Origin: an uncultured Alphaproteobacteria bacterium
GTDB taxonomy: Bacteria > Pseudomonadota > Alphaproteobacteria > RF32 > CAG-239
NCBI GenBank assembly: GCA_944391395.1
Contig: CALXTI010000003.1
Location: 35,843-99,842 of the forward strand
DNA: 64,000 nucleotides
Direction of reading: 5' to 3'
The first letter of the stretch is position 1. Each line of letters starts with the position of its first letter. Positions 19,400 to 30,844 of this stretch are shown one piece after another. The notes beneath the pieces were generated by a model. That model had not been told where the DNA came from and did not search any database. It worked only from the letters and a program-made list of their open reading frames with translations. Made by a program: the position numbers and the translations under genes.

Positions 19400-22153
19400 C
19401 TAATCAATACGACCATGGCAATGTTTGTATTTTTTGCCGCTGCCGCACGGGCAGGGATCATTACGGGAAACTTTTCCCCAAGTTGACGGATTTTTGGGAT
19501 CGATTTCCCCGCTGCTATACCGGAAAGGTTCGGCGTGGCTTTCTCCCGCGGCCGGTTGCGCGTTTTGTTCCGCACGACTGCCTCCGATCAGATTTTGCGG
19601 TTGCTCGTGCACAGCCTGCATTTTAACATTCTGCTGGCGCTGTTCTGCCCGTTGCATTGACTCTTCGGCATTGCTTTTAATCATGGTACGACAAACCACA
19701 ATTGTAACCTGTTCTTTTAAAGCGTCCAACATGTTTGAAAACATATTAAAAGCTTCGCGCTTGTATTCGTTAAGCGGGTCTTTCTGTCCGTACGCCCGCA
19801 GCACAATCGTGTGGCGCATCATATCAAGCGTTGCGATATGATCTTTCCACAACTGGTCCAAGACCTGCAATAAAATACTTTTTTCTACCAGCTTAACAAT
19901 ATTTTCAGGAACGTTTTCATTTTTCTCGGCGATGCGTTTATCCACCTCGTCCAGAATTTTTTGCGTCATTTCTTCACTGTCGATTCCCGAATCATTTGCC
20001 CAGTTGTTAATCGGAAGAACAAAACCGGTGGTTTTGGCCAGTTCTTGTTTCAAGTCTTCGCAACGCCATTCTTCAACCGCGCTGCCGTAAGGAACAAAAC
20101 CGGCGATGATGCTGCTCAAATATTCATCACGCATGTCTTTGATGGTTTCGGACACATCGTCGGTTTCCATCAATTCCTTGCGCTGAGCATAAATCACCTT
20201 GCGTTGTTCGTTCATGACATTATCGTATTTCAACAAGTTTTTACGAATATCGAAGTTGCGTTCCTCAACTTTCTGCTGTGCTTTTTCCAAAGCCTTGCTG
20301 ATCCACGGATGCACCAAAGCTTCGCCCTCCGGCAGACCAAGTTTTTGCAACACGGCGGACATACGCTCAGACCCGAAAATCCGCATCAAATCATCTTCCA
20401 GCGACAAGAAAAACTTGGAAGTTCCGGGATCGCCCTGACGACCGGAACGACCGCGTAGCTGATTGTCGATTCGCCGACTTTCATGACGCTCGGTGCCCAA
20501 AATGTATAAACCGCCGGCTTCCAAAACTTTTTGTTTATCCGCTTCAATTTCCTTTTTAAGTTTTTCTTTAATTTCTTTGATTTGTTCCGCCGTTTCGTTT
20601 CCGGTCAGGACGGATTTTAATTTCATATCCAAATTGCCGCCCAACTGAATATCGGTACCGCGTCCGGCCATGTTGGTGGCAATCGTTATTGCGCCCGGCA
20701 CGCCGGCCTGCGCCACAATGGCAGCTTCACGCTCATGATGGCGGGCGTTTAACACTTCAAAATGCAAATCCGGCGCTGCTTTTTTCAACAAGTCCGCCAC
20801 GATTTCCGATTTTTCAACCGAGGTTGTACCCACCAAAACCGGTTGTCCGCGACGATGACAATCCAAAATCGTATCAATAATCGCTTTGTATTTTTCTTTT
20901 TCCGTCCGATAAATCACATCATGTTCATCTTGACGAATGACCGGTTTGTTGGTCGGAATTTCCACACAAGACAAACCGTAAATGTCGTTAAATTCAGCCT
21001 CTTCGGTCATTGCCGTACCTGTCATGCCCGACAATTTCGGATAAAGCCGGAAATAATTTTGGAAAGTGATGGAAGCCAGAGTTTGGTTTTCGGATTGGAT
21101 GTTAACGTGTTCTTTGGCTTCCAAAGCCTGATGCAAGCCGTCGCTGTAACGTCGACCCTCCATAATACGGCCGGTAAATTCATCAACAATCACGACTTTT
21201 CCGTCTTTGACGATGTAATCCACATCGCGGGTGAACATTTTATGCGCCCGCAAAGCCTGATTAACATGATGCACCAGCTGTACGTTGCCGATGTCATACA
21301 AGCCGCCTTCTTGAATTAAGCCGACCTCTTTGAGCAACTGTTCCACATGCGTCATACCGACTTCGGTTAAAGTAACCGTACGTGCCTTTTCATCTTTTTC
21401 ATAATCGGCCGCTGTCAACTGCGGGATAACTTTATTGACGCTGATGTAGCGCTCGGAAGAATCTTCCGCCGCGCCGGAAATAATCAACGGTGTTCTGGCC
21501 TCATCAATCAAAATGGAGTCCACTTCGTCCACAATGGCAAAATTAAAATCGCGTTGAACCCGGTCTTCCAGATTAAATTTCATGTTATCGCGCAAATAAT
21601 CAAAGCCCAGCTCGTTGTTGGTGCCGTAAATAATATCTGAGTTGTAAGCTGCGCGCCGCTCGTTATCATCTTTTTCATGTACGATATAATCAACCGTCAA
21701 TCCCAAAAAACGATAAACCTGCCCCATCCATTCGGCGTCGCGTTTGGCCAGATAGTCGTTGACCGTTACGATATGCACGCCTTTGCCTTCCAAGGCGTTA
21801 AGATAAGCCGCCAAGGTTGCCACCAATGTTTTGCCTTCGCCGGTTTTCATCTCGGCAATCATGCCTTTATGCAGCACGATACCACCCACCATCTGCACAT
21901 CATAATGGCGTTGTCCCAAAGTGCGTTTGGCGGCTTCGCGCACCGTGGCAAAAGCCTCGGGCAGCAGCTCATCCAAAGTTTCTCCTTCTTTAATCCTGCG
22001 GCGGAATTCATCGGTTTTGGCTTTAAGCTCGTCATCGGTCAATTTAATGAAGTCGGGCTCCAAAGCGTTAATTTTATCCACAATCTTGAATTGTTTTTTT
22101 ACAAATCTGTCGTTGGCACTGCCGAAAAGCGTGCGGGCTATTTTATTTAACAT
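19400..22153 (-). CDS. secA: preprotein translocase ATPase SecA
   Basis: 917 aa with DEAD-like motor motifs and C-terminal [14 protein letters not shown] zinc finger. Confidence 0.95.
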   Translation of the reverse strand: MLNKIARTLFGSANDRFVKKQFKIVDKINALEPDFIKLTDDELKAKTDEFRRRIKEGETLDELLPEAFATVREAAKRTLGQRHYDVQMVGGIVLHKGMIAEMKTGEGKTLVATLAAYLNALEGKGVHIVTVNDYLAKRDAEWMGQVYRFLGLTVDYIVHEKDDNERRAAYNSDIIYGTNNELGFDYLRDNMKFNLEDRVQRDFNFAIVDEVDSILIDEARTPLIISGAAEDSSERYISVNKVIPQLTAADYEKDEKARTVTLTEVGMTHVEQLLKEVGLIQEGGLYDIGNVQLVHHVNQALRAHKMFTRDVDYIVKDGKVVIVDEFTGRIMEGRRYSDGLHQALEAKEHVNIQSENQTLASITFQNYFRLYPKLSGMTGTAMTEEAEFNDIYGLSCVEIPTNKPVIRQDEHDVIYRTEKEKYKAIIDTILDCHRRGQPVLVGTTSVEKSEIVADLLKKAAPDLHFEVLNARHHEREAAIVAQAGVPGAITIATNMAGRGTDIQLGGNLDMKLKSVLTGNETAEQIKEIKEKLKKEIEADKQKVLEAGGLYILGTERHESRRIDNQLRGRSGRQGDPGTSKFFLSLEDDLMRIFGSERMSAVLQKLGLPEGEALVHPWISKALEKAQQKVEERNFDIRKNLLKYDNVMNEQRKVIYAQRKELMETDDVSETIKDMRDEYLSSIIAGFVPYGSAVEEWRCEDLKQELAKTTGFVLPINNWANDSGIDSEEMTQKILDEVDKRIAEKNENVPENIVKLVEKSILLQVLDQLWKDHIATLDMMRHTIVLRAYGQKDPLNEYKREAFNMFSNMLDALKEQVTIVVCRTMIKSNAEESMQRAEQRQQNVKMQAVHEQPQNLIGGSRAEQNAQPAAGESHAEPFRYSSGEIDPKNPSTWGKVSRNDPCPCGSGKKYKHCHGRID

Positions 22154-22317
22154 TTGTTTTACCTTATTTTATTTACAATAAATTACATTTAGTGTTTATC
22201 CCCGGCGTTGTCAATACTATGACCCAAAGTTATAAACGACTTATAAAAAATACTTGGAATGTTATGAAAAAAAGTTTATATCTGTAAACAGTGATTTTTT
22301 ATTACTTGGAGGGAAAT

Positions 22318-23169
22318 ATGCAAAAAAAATATATCTTAACGACGACCGCCGCCGTAGTGGTGGTTGCAGCAGCCGCTTTTGGCGCGTTTAAGGTTTATGC
22401 CGAAAGAAACGCCGGCGTGGCGGCTCGTGTTAACGGTGAAGTTATCAGTATTGAGGATATTAAAAAAGGCTATGAGGCCGATCCTCAGCTTGCCGCGCAG
22501 ATTCCGTTTGATCTGTTTTATTCCAAAGCGGTTGATATATACATAAACGGTACTTTGCTTTATCAGGCTGCTTCGGCTGCCAAAGTTCAGGAAACGCCGG
22601 AATATAAAGAGCAGTTAAAAATCGCTCAGGAAGATTTGGCGCGTAAAGTCTATCTTGAACAACTGGTTCAAGAAAAGGTCAATGAAGCCGCTATTAAAAA
22701 TGTCTACGACAACACATATTTGAAAAATTTTGAAAGCAAAAAAGAGGCAAGAGCCAAACATATTTTGGTCACGGATGAAAAAACTGCCAATGAGGTGATT
22801 GAAAAATTAAACAAAGGCGGCAATTTTGATGAGCTTGCCAAAGAGTACACCAAAGATTCGGCGGTTGATTTGGGATATTTTTCCGAAGACATCATGGTGC
22901 CGGAATTTACCAAAGCCGCATTTGCTCTAAAGAAAGGCGAATATACTAAAACACCGGTAAAAACCCAATTTGGCTATCATGTCATTCTGACCGAAGATTT
23001 CCGCGATTCCACGCCGCTGCCGCTGCAAGAGGTCGAACCGCAGATTCGCAACAGACTCACTCAGCAGATTGTGGCTGAAACCTTTGATAACTTGTATAAA
23101 ACCGGTAAGATTGAGAAATACGATTTGGAAGGCAATAAGCTTCCCGAACCGGAACCGGTAAAAGAATAA
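22318..23169 (+). CDS. periplasmic parvulin-type peptidyl-prolyl isomerase (PpiC/SurA-like)
   Basis: Signal peptide/anchor; rotamase domain HILVTDE..GYFSED..FGYHVIL. Confidence 0.7.
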   Translation: MQKKYILTTTAAVVVVAAAAFGAFKVYAERNAGVAARVNGEVISIEDIKKGYEADPQLAAQIPFDLFYSKAVDIYINGTLLYQAASAAKVQETPEYKEQLKIAQEDLARKVYLEQLVQEKVNEAAIKNVYDNTYLKNFESKKEARAKHILVTDEKTANEVIEKLNKGGNFDELAKEYTKDSAVDLGYFSEDIMVPEFTKAAFALKKGEYTKTPVKTQFGYHVILTEDFRDSTPLPLQEVEPQIRNRLTQQIVAETFDNLYKTGKIEKYDLEGNKLPEPEPVKE

Positions 23170-23185
23170 TCCGATTCGAAAATCA

Positions 23186-23225
23186 GCAACACGCCTTTTG
23201 GATTTTCCGAAGGGCGTGTTTTTGT
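23186..23225. terminator. bidirectional terminator between the PPIase gene and tilS
   Basis: aacacgcc..ggcgtgtt hairpin. Confidence 0.6.
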
Positions 23226-23244
23226 AAAACCGGAGAATAAACAG

Positions 23245-24345
23245 CTAGAACGGGATGGCAATTTCTTCCATACTTGTTTGATGTGTTAAAATATAAACGC
23301 GCAACCTGAAAGGCAATTTGATTTTACGATATTGCGGGTTGTTTTTTTGAAACGTTTTCCAAGCGGCGGCGCTATAATTTTCCGCCGGGCAATCTTCCGG
23401 AAATATCCATAAACAATCATTAAACCGACAGAGATAACAATACCCTAATGTCGCCGAACGAAAATTCTTGTTTTTGAGTTTGTCGATTAAACTCAAAATT
23501 TTTTCCGCCCGCGGGGCGTATTCGCTCTGGCTGATGTTTTGCAACAGATAAGCCAGCAGGCGAAATTTAATTTCATCATCAAAATCCAAAAATTGCTCAT
23601 AACGGCAGCTGTATGCATAATCAAACCACTTATGAAAAGATTGGTCGATAAAACGCCGGATTTCCGTTTCCAGATAATTGCGTGAACATTGCAAACGCTG
23701 CATGGTGTTGACGATTTTTTCGGCGGTCAGGCCGGTTTTTTTGTAAAAATCCGGCAAAGCGTGGCGCATTTTAACCCTTAAATATTCTTCGGAATCATTA
23801 CTTTCATCTTCTATCCACGCAATGCCGTTATTTAATAAAAAATCTTTCATGACTTGCGGATTCGTGTTAAGCAGGGGACGCAAAATATACAATCCGCGCC
23901 GACAGAAAATTTCTTGCATGCCGCACAAACCATACAATCCGCTGCCGCGTTGCAGCCGCATAAAAAAAGTTTCCGCCTGGTCATATAAATGATGCGCGGT
24001 CATGACATAGCGGACGTTGTTGATTTTACACCAATCGGCAATCAAGCCGTAGCGGGCTTTTCGCGCCGCGTTTTCAATGTCGGCAACGGGTTGTTCGTTT
24101 TTGTTCCATACCAAAATATGATGTTCGATAGAATTTTTCTGCATAATTGTTTTAACATATTCGGCCTCTTGCGCCGAGCTTGGACGCAGACGGTGATCAA
24201 CCGTCAGGGCGATGATTTTATAACCTTTCGGTACTAACTCGTGATGTGCCGCTAAAATCAGTCCCAAAGAATCACTGCCGCCGGAAACTCCGACGGCAAT
24301 GGTTTTGTCTTTAATGTTATGTTTATTTAAAAATTCTAAAAACAT
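23245..24345 (-). CDS. tilS: tRNA(Ile)-lysidine synthetase
   Basis: PP-loop VGVSGGSDS; 366 aa. Confidence 0.8.
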   Translation of the reverse strand: MFLEFLNKHNIKDKTIAVGVSGGSDSLGLILAAHHELVPKGYKIIALTVDHRLRPSSAQEAEYVKTIMQKNSIEHHILVWNKNEQPVADIENAARKARYGLIADWCKINNVRYVMTAHHLYDQAETFFMRLQRGSGLYGLCGMQEIFCRRGLYILRPLLNTNPQVMKDFLLNNGIAWIEDESNDSEEYLRVKMRHALPDFYKKTGLTAEKIVNTMQRLQCSRNYLETEIRRFIDQSFHKWFDYAYSCRYEQFLDFDDEIKFRLLAYLLQNISQSEYAPRAEKILSLIDKLKNKNFRSATLGYCYLCRFNDCLWIFPEDCPAENYSAAAWKTFQKNNPQYRKIKLPFRLRVYILTHQTSMEEIAIPF

Positions 24346-24368
24346 TGTATCTTAAAGTTTATGAATAT

Positions 24369-25226
24369 CTATTGGCAGCCGAGTTTTTTTGCCTCGCCGG
24401 CCGCCTTGTCCAAAATGGTTTTGCCGGCATTCGGAAATTCTTTCGGCAGATTGACAAACGCCAAACAAGCCTCGTCTTTTTTGCCGAGTTGTTCCATGGA
24501 AAGTCCTAATTTCAGCAAACAGTCCGCGCCTTTGGTGCCGTTTTTATATTTATCATACCCGCGTCCGAAAGCAACGGCCGCTTTGGCAAAATTTTTATCA
24601 TTATAATAAACTTCCCCCAACCAGTATTGCGCATTGCCGGCCAGCTTGTCCGTTCCGTATTTTTCAAGTATTAAACTAAAACTTTGCTCGGCTTCGGCTG
24701 ATTTTCCGGCCTTAAGAGCCTCCAACCCCTGAGTGTAAATTTGTTCGACGCTCAGATTTTTCTTTTCAGGCGTCAGGTTGTTCAATTCCTGAGAGGTAAC
24801 CTCATCACCGACAATGGCTTTGGGAGCGCCGTTTGCCACGGCCGGAGCAAATTTTTTCATTGAATTATCACTGTTTTCGGCGGCCGGAATGGGTTTCCCT
24901 TCCAAAAGTTTAAACCGAATGTCCGTATCTTGATTGATGGCCTCGATTCTTTCGCCGAGTTGTTTGATTTGATGTTCCATTTCATCAATTTTGCCGTTCA
25001 TGGAGCGAATCATCTGATCGTATTCCCCGAGCTTGACTTCCGCTTTTCCGGCGGCGTCGGCAATAGGGCTGTCGGTGCTTTCGCGATATACCTTGCGTTG
25101 CAAAATAATCATTTCTTCTTTTAAGGCGTCAATTTGTTCCTGCACGCCGATAAGCTCTTGTGCCGAAACGGAAAAAGCTGCGCTGCAGATGGTCAACGCC
25201 AAAGCGGATAGTGGCAATAATTTCAT
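24369..25226 (-). CDS. cpoB: Tol-Pal system protein YbgF/CpoB (coiled coil plus TPR)
   Basis: Signal peptide, coiled-coil region, C-terminal TPR repeats; adjacent to pal. Confidence 0.7.
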   Translation of the reverse strand: MKLLPLSALALTICSAAFSVSAQELIGVQEQIDALKEEMIILQRKVYRESTDSPIADAAGKAEVKLGEYDQMIRSMNGKIDEMEHQIKQLGERIEAINQDTDIRFKLLEGKPIPAAENSDNSMKKFAPAVANGAPKAIVGDEVTSQELNNLTPEKKNLSVEQIYTQGLEALKAGKSAEAEQSFSLILEKYGTDKLAGNAQYWLGEVYYNDKNFAKAAVAFGRGYDKYKNGTKGADCLLKLGLSMEQLGKKDEACLAFVNLPKEFPNAGKTILDKAAGEAKKLGCQ

Positions 25227-25326
25227 TTTGTATCATCCCGTAAATTTATCTGACATCGTTAAAAATATAAAATAAAACTTTTTGATAAACAAGCGCAAAA
25301 TGCAAAAAAGCCCTTGCATAAAACAA

Positions 25327-25358
25327 AAAAAGCATTCCGAATAAGAATGCTTTTTTTG
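25327..25358 (-). terminator. terminator after pal
   Basis: aaagcattc..gaatgcttt hairpin followed by a T-run. Confidence 0.6.
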
Positions 25359-25376
25359 CTTTTCGTATTGAAAAAA

Positions 25377-25850
25377 TTACATGTTGCTGGTCTTAACAAC
25401 CGTGACGGCGCGACGGTTTTGAGCCCAGGCAGCTTCGTTGTTGCCGAGAACGGCCGGTCTTTCTTTACCGTAAGAAATCACCGAAATACGGTCGGCGGCA
25501 ACGCCTTGAGAAACAAGGTACTGTTTAACGGCATTGGCGCGGCGTTCGCCCAAAGCCAAGTTGTATTCGCGCGTACCTCTTTCATCGCAATAACCTTGAA
25601 CAATAACGTTTACGTTTTTGTGCTTTCTGGAGTTCAACCATTCAACATGGGTATCCAAAACTTCGGTTGCGTTGTTGGTCAAAGCAGAGCTGTCAAAAGC
25701 AAAGAAAACTCTGTCTTCGGCATTAGCCATAAAGTCACGAGCTGCTTTGTCTTCGCATTCGCTGCCGCCAAACATGCCGCCGTTAGAACCAACGGAAGAA
25801 CAACCGGCCAACAAGACCATTGCACAGAACAAACTCAAAAGTTTTTTCAT
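25377..25850 (-). CDS. pal: peptidoglycan-associated lipoprotein Pal (OmpA-like)
   Basis: Lipobox LLAGCS; OmpA C-terminal domain FAFDSS..NLALGERRA. Confidence 0.85.
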   Translation of the reverse strand: MKKLLSLFCAMVLLAGCSSVGSNGGMFGGSECEDKAARDFMANAEDRVFFAFDSSALTNNATEVLDTHVEWLNSRKHKNVNVIVQGYCDERGTREYNLALGERRANAVKQYLVSQGVAADRISVISYGKERPAVLGNNEAAWAQNRRAVTVVKTSNM

Positions 25851-26116
25851 ATCATTTTCTCCATATGGGTTAAATTTTCATTCTGCAAAATGCAGAACAG
25901 TTTTAATTGCAGAACAACTAATACATACTTAAATTAAGAAATAAAATTAAATTTTTCAACAATAAAAAACAAAAAAAGAATAAACTGTTACTAAAGATTA
26001 GGTTTTATATAAAAAATCATCGCACTTGAAATTGATAAGAGTCAGGATTGCATATTGCCGGGTAACGAATGTAAGAATTAAACAAAAAACAAAAAAGGGG
26101 CTGAGCGCCCCTTAAT

Positions 26117-26866
26117 TCAAATGCCGTTGAAACACAGACAGTCATCGTGATAAATAAAAAGACCGACGCTGTCGCCTTCTTTTACGGCAAGCGGTTTCAG
26201 TTTTTCTTGTTCGTCCTTCAAAACCGCCGGTACGCCGCAGTTGATATCGCAGATAATCCAGCCTTTGACAAGCTCACCGGAAACCTGGTCGGGGATGCCT
26301 ACAGGGCTCGCCCAGACAATATAAGTCCGGTCTTTTAAGAAATAACCGCAAGATTTGTTCTTAAAGGTTATTTCAAACAATCCGGGCTTAACGCCTTCGG
26401 CGGCAAAGTCAACCAACTTGCGTTGCTTGCGGAGATAAGCAAACATTTCATCAACGCATGCACGTTTCCGATGCTCACCGTCTGATAAGATGAGCCTGAT
26501 GGTGTCGTCAGGCAGAGCCTGATATATGGCCGACATTTCCAACACAACATCGTCACGACACAATTTTTCGGGTTCGTACAGACAATAGATATTACCGTAA
26601 CCTCTTGTCCTGAACACACTGTTGTCGCTGTGCGGCAAAAAATTTTGCACGAAGACCAACTCTTTGCCGAAACGCAATCTGGCCTCCGGACATTTTTTAG
26701 GATTCTTAGCAACTCCCGCTAAAAACAAAAAATAGTCGGGTATCTGTAAATTTTGCCTGAAGTTATGCCATTTTTCGATGGACATTCCTTCAAAATCAGA
26801 CAATGTGGAAAGAATGGGGGACGCATTTTTGCCCACCAGAATTTTTTTATTTTTCTCCATATGCAC
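26117..26866 (-). CDS. hypothetical protein (249 aa; Cys-containing C-terminus)
   Basis: ORF with terminator hairpin at 26094..26114; lies where murE would be expected after ftsI. Confidence 0.45.
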   Translation of the reverse strand: MHMEKNKKILVGKNASPILSTLSDFEGMSIEKWHNFRQNLQIPDYFLFLAGVAKNPKKCPEARLRFGKELVFVQNFLPHSDNSVFRTRGYGNIYCLYEPEKLCRDDVVLEMSAIYQALPDDTIRLILSDGEHRKRACVDEMFAYLRKQRKLVDFAAEGVKPGLFEITFKNKSCGYFLKDRTYIVWASPVGIPDQVSGELVKGWIICDINCGVPAVLKDEQEKLKPLAVKEGDSVGLFIYHDDCLCFNGI

Positions 26867-26963
26867 AAAAATTTATGGTAATAATATAAGTAAACTAAAA
26901 AACAATATATGATTTATTTTAGTTTTGTCAAGGATAGTTTATATCAGGGCTGCCGTTCAGATT

Positions 26964-28715
26964 TTAATGTATAAAGGCGGCTTTGACATGCCGGCGTTGA
27001 ATATCCAAATCAAAATCAGCCTGAATATCCAACTGCGGAGCGATTTGGGAAATAATGCGCCCGCCGACCGGCACCGCGTTCCAGCCGGAAGTTACGAACC
27101 CCCAGGTTTTTTTGTTGCCCTTGGGCTCGTCTAAAACCACCAACAGAGCATATTTCGGATTTGTTTGCGGAAAGGCGGAAACAAATGAAGTCATGACTTT
27201 TTTGTCGACATAGCGCCCGTTGGTCAGCTTGTTGGCCGTGCCGGTTTTGCCGATAACCTGATAACCGGGAATGTTGGCGTTTTTGGCCGAGCCTTGGACC
27301 ACGACATCGCGCAAGAGTTTGCGCATTTGCTCTGAAGTGCGCTCGGATATGACCCGTCGTGCCGGATGTTTCGGCGTATCGGATTTTAGGATTGTCGGGT
27401 AATGATATATGCCGCCGTTGACGAGGGCGGAAAAAGCCGAAATCAAATGCAGCGGAGTTATGGAAAGTCCGTAACCGTATGAAACGGTGGCCATCGTATC
27501 ATCGCGCCATTTTTTTTGACTTGGAAACAGGGGACGACCTTTTTCAAAGACCTCAAAATCGCTTAATTGCTCATTAAATCCCAGGTTGATCAAAAATTGT
27601 CGTTGGGCTTCCTTGCCGACACGGCTGATGAGTTGCACCGAACCGATGTTTGATGAGTAAATCAAAATTTCCCCGACGCTGAGCCAACGGTTTTCGCCGC
27701 GATAGTCTGAAACCGTAATGCCTTGAACTTTTATGGGTTTGGTCGCATCAAACTTATCGTTGAATTTAACTTTGCCGCTTTCCAAACCGAGAGCGGTGTT
27801 AAAAGTCTTAAAAACCGAACCGGCCTCATAAACGCCTTGCGTGGCAAAATTAAACAAAGCACGGTCGCCGACCGGAATGCTTAAATTCGGATCATAATCC
27901 GGCACGGAAACCATGGCGACGATTTCGCCGGTGTTGACATCCATGAGAATGGCGCTGGCACCGACGGCTTGAAATTCTTCAACGGCGGATACGAGTTCTT
28001 CGCGGATTGTGTCTTGTATCCCCATGTCAATGCTCAGTTGCAAAGGCTTTGATGATTCTGTTAAGCGTTTGTGCAGAGATTTTTCCAATCCGCCCAAACC
28101 GAGATTGTCAATATTGGTATAGCCCAGGATATGGGCAAACAGGTTTTTGTGCGGGTAGACTCGTTTTTCGCTTTTTTGAAATTCGAGCGCCGGAATGCCG
28201 AGATTGTTGACTGCGGCTTGCTGCGCCGGCGAAAGATTGTATTTAATCATGGAAAAAGAGGTTCTTTTGCGTGTGAGCTTGGTCATCAAATCATTATAAC
28301 CGATTTCCGGAAACAGATGCGTCAATTTTTGGGCGATGCTTTCCGGATTACGGACATTCTTGGGATTGGCGTACAAATTAACGGTGGGCAAGGATGTGGC
28401 AATAATTGCACCGTTGCGGTCAACAATATCGGCACGGGAAATCGGGGTTCCGGCGTAAATTTCACTTTCGGCCGATTCATCGCCCGGGGTGTGGATTTGA
28501 ATACCGTTAACCAGGCAAACATGTATAACGCGAAAAGCGATGATAAAGTAAATCAATAAAAATGCGGCAATGGACAGCAACATGCGCTGCCGGCAAACAT
28601 GTACGGCTTCGGCGTCCTGGCTTTCTTTAAACAACACGTCGATTCCGGCAGAATCCGCGTTTTGCCCGGGAAAGTAAAAATTATTGTTTTTGCCGGAAAG
28701 GCTTACTCCCAACAC
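26964..28715 (-). CDS. ftsI: peptidoglycan D,D-transpeptidase FtsI (PBP3-like)
   Basis: N-terminal TM, dimerisation domain, transpeptidase motifs; follows ftsL in the dcw cluster. Confidence 0.8.
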   Translation of the reverse strand: MLGVSLSGKNNNFYFPGQNADSAGIDVLFKESQDAEAVHVCRQRMLLSIAAFLLIYFIIAFRVIHVCLVNGIQIHTPGDESAESEIYAGTPISRADIVDRNGAIIATSLPTVNLYANPKNVRNPESIAQKLTHLFPEIGYNDLMTKLTRKRTSFSMIKYNLSPAQQAAVNNLGIPALEFQKSEKRVYPHKNLFAHILGYTNIDNLGLGGLEKSLHKRLTESSKPLQLSIDMGIQDTIREELVSAVEEFQAVGASAILMDVNTGEIVAMVSVPDYDPNLSIPVGDRALFNFATQGVYEAGSVFKTFNTALGLESGKVKFNDKFDATKPIKVQGITVSDYRGENRWLSVGEILIYSSNIGSVQLISRVGKEAQRQFLINLGFNEQLSDFEVFEKGRPLFPSQKKWRDDTMATVSYGYGLSITPLHLISAFSALVNGGIYHYPTILKSDTPKHPARRVISERTSEQMRKLLRDVVVQGSAKNANIPGYQVIGKTGTANKLTNGRYVDKKVMTSFVSAFPQTNPKYALLVVLDEPKGNKKTWGFVTSGWNAVPVGGRIISQIAPQLDIQADFDLDIQRRHVKAAFIH

Positions 28716-28805
28716 TTGTTTATATTCTCCGTCAGGCCGGAAAGCCTGGGTCGATTCTTTGGCTTTTGTCCGGCATATCGGGTGTGTCTGAAAGCAGCAA
28801 AGATA

Positions 28806-29177
28806 TTAACGTTCGGCTTTAACCAGCTTTTTATATTCTTTATGATCGACGCCAGCGGTCATGATTTGATCCGTTCTGCCGTTTTCATACTCAAATGGTA
28901 ACGCAGAATAGTTAATAATTTGTTCAGCCCGCATTTTATTTAAGGAAATATGTTCGGCGGCCAGTTTTTTTAATCGGGAGGGATTGTTTAAGTGACTCCA
29001 TTCTGCCTTCAAGACATGGATTGTTTTAACGTCTTTTTGGATGTTGAGATTTATTTTTGATAATTCCAATTCCAAGTCGTGCACTTGATTTTTCAACACG
29101 AATGAGCCAAAGCAAATGACGCAGGTTAAAGTAAACCATAAGATGGTGATGGCTGTTTTGGTATTAATCATGTTCAT
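28806..29177 (-). CDS. ftsL: cell division protein FtsL-like
   Basis: 124 aa with a single TM and coiled coil, positioned between rsmH and ftsI; start inferred at MNMINTK. Confidence 0.5.
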   Translation of the reverse strand: MNMINTKTAITILWFTLTCVICFGSFVLKNQVHDLELELSKINLNIQKDVKTIHVLKAEWSHLNNPSRLKKLAAEHISLNKMRAEQIINYSALPFEYENGRTDQIMTAGVDHKEYKKLVKAER

Positions 29178-30126
29178 CTCCTTTATTCTCAAGGTTGTTT
29201 GTTTCATCAGTTGCTGATTTGACGGCAAAGCGGAGTTTTGCCGAACGGGCGCGCGGATTAAAGGCGCATTCTTCCGCTGTTGGTGCAATAGCTTTTGAAA
29301 CATTTGCAAAAAGAGGTGTTTTTGTAACGGGCGTTTCGGGCAAATAACGCGAAACGCCGGCTGTTTTTCCGCCAAGCGTATTAAAAAGCGTTTTGACGAT
29401 TCTGTCTTCCAGAGAATGAAAATCGACAACGACCAAACGTCCGCCCGGGGCAAGTTTGTCCGCGGCGGCGCGTAACCCGTTTTGCAATTCGGTCAGTTCA
29501 TCGTTAACGGCGATTCTGAGTGCCTGAAAAGTGCGGGTGGCCGGGTCAATGGTGTTTTTATTGCGGTGTAAAACCGTATAAACGATAGCGGCAAGCTCGG
29601 TTGTCGTTTCAATGGGCTTGTTGTGTCTGTGTTCAACAATTTTGCGGGCTATTTGACGCGATTTGCGTTCTTCGCCGTAACGATAAATCAAATCGGCCAA
29701 ATCGTTTTCCGCCATGGTGTTGACAATGTCCGCCGCCGTAATGCCGCAACAGGACATACGCATATCCAAAGGCGCCTCTTTGGCAAAAGAAAATCCGCGT
29801 TCGGCTTCGTCGAGCTGCATGGAGGAAACCCCGATATCAAAAACAAAACCGTTGACGGATTCTTCAATCAATCGGTCAATGTTCCCGAAACATCCGGAGC
29901 GGAATTCAAATCTGTTTCCGTATAGTTTTTTTAGTTCCGTCGCTCTGTTTTCGACCGTCGGATCGCGGTCAATGGCGATAACTTTGCAATTTGCGGCGTC
30001 TAAAATAGCTTTTGAATAACCGCCGTTGCCGAAAGTCGCGTCGACATAAGTTTCGCCGTCTTTTGGAGAAAGGTATTTTAAGACCTCTTTGAGCATAACC
30101 GGAATATGTTTTATCATTCCGGCCAT
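29164..30126 (-). CDS. rsmH: 16S rRNA (cytosine1402-N4)-methyltransferase
   Basis: SAM-binding GYVDATFGNGGY..DRD motifs; 320 aa. Confidence 0.9.
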   Translation of the reverse strand: MAGMIKHIPVMLKEVLKYLSPKDGETYVDATFGNGGYSKAILDAANCKVIAIDRDPTVENRATELKKLYGNRFEFRSGCFGNIDRLIEESVNGFVFDIGVSSMQLDEAERGFSFAKEAPLDMRMSCCGITAADIVNTMAENDLADLIYRYGEERKSRQIARKIVEHRHNKPIETTTELAAIVYTVLHRNKNTIDPATRTFQALRIAVNDELTELQNGLRAAADKLAPGGRLVVVDFHSLEDRIVKTLFNTLGGKTAGVSRYLPETPVTKTPLFANVSKAIAPTAEECAFNPRARSAKLRFAVKSATDETNNLENKGDEHD

Positions 30127-30578
30127 CAGTCGCCTCCGCTGTTTTTGCCGGCGTTCAAAACCGGCCGTTTTTTCATAACTTCGGTGCGAATCCGTGCTTC
30201 TTCTTTTGCCCAGTTTTCAGGGTTCCAGATTTGGAACTTGCGACCTTTGCCTACAAACACGGCGGTATCCGTGATGCCGGCATGCGTCAAGAGTTTGTCG
30301 GTTAAGACAATTCGTCCCGTGCTGTCAAAGGTAAAACGCTTGGCATCGCCGAAAATCAAATTAGTTAAGTCATCCTGAGTTTGTGAAAAGAAATCAGTCG
30401 AATCTTCAATTTCGGCGGCAAGTTTTTCCAGCAAATCTTCCGTGCAGCCTTCAATGCAAGGCGCGGTCAGACTGCGGTAACACACGATTTCAGAGTTGAG
30501 TTCTTTGACGATGGCGCGATAATCGGCCGGCAGGGAAACGCGGCCTTTGGCGTCGACCTTGTTGCTTACCGTATCCAT
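30126..30578 (-). CDS. mraZ: transcriptional regulator MraZ
   Basis: Duplicated DxxGR motifs (DAKGRVSLP, DSTGRIVL); start trimmed to MDTVSNK. Confidence 0.8.
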   Translation of the reverse strand: MDTVSNKVDAKGRVSLPADYRAIVKELNSEIVCYRSLTAPCIEGCTEDLLEKLAAEIEDSTDFFSQTQDDLTNLIFGDAKRFTFDSTGRIVLTDKLLTHAGITDTAVFVGKGRKFQIWNPENWAKEEARIRTEVMKKRPVLNAGKNSGGD

Positions 30579-30844
30579 AAAGAGAAAAGTTTTTCTCACT
30601 TTATCCGCCCTTAAAAAAATATTAACCCGATGATTATGGTATATCATGGTATTTTATGGGATGCAATGGAAAATTTTAGGAATTTATTAACTGTTCTTAC
30701 TTTGTTCTGAGCGGATTGGCGGCATATTCGGGTGTATGTGTTGAATTTGTTAGATTTCATGATAGCGAAAAAAATTAAAAAAAATTTTAAAACCTGTATA
30801 TGAGAAAACAAACACACAGCAGGCACAAGATTTTGTTGCAAAGC

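Noticed and set aside
20689-22181. Several plus-strand ORFs (63-185 aa) inside secA
   Set aside because: Antisense to an intact 917-aa secA; typical shadow ORFs.
25314-25937. 207-aa ORF antisense to pal
   Set aside because: Completely overlaps the well-supported pal gene on the opposite strand; low-complexity translation.
26117-26866. DTW-domain tRNA modification enzyme assignment for the 249-aa hypothetical
   Set aside because: No DGTW motif or N-terminal CxxC pair found; left as hypothetical.
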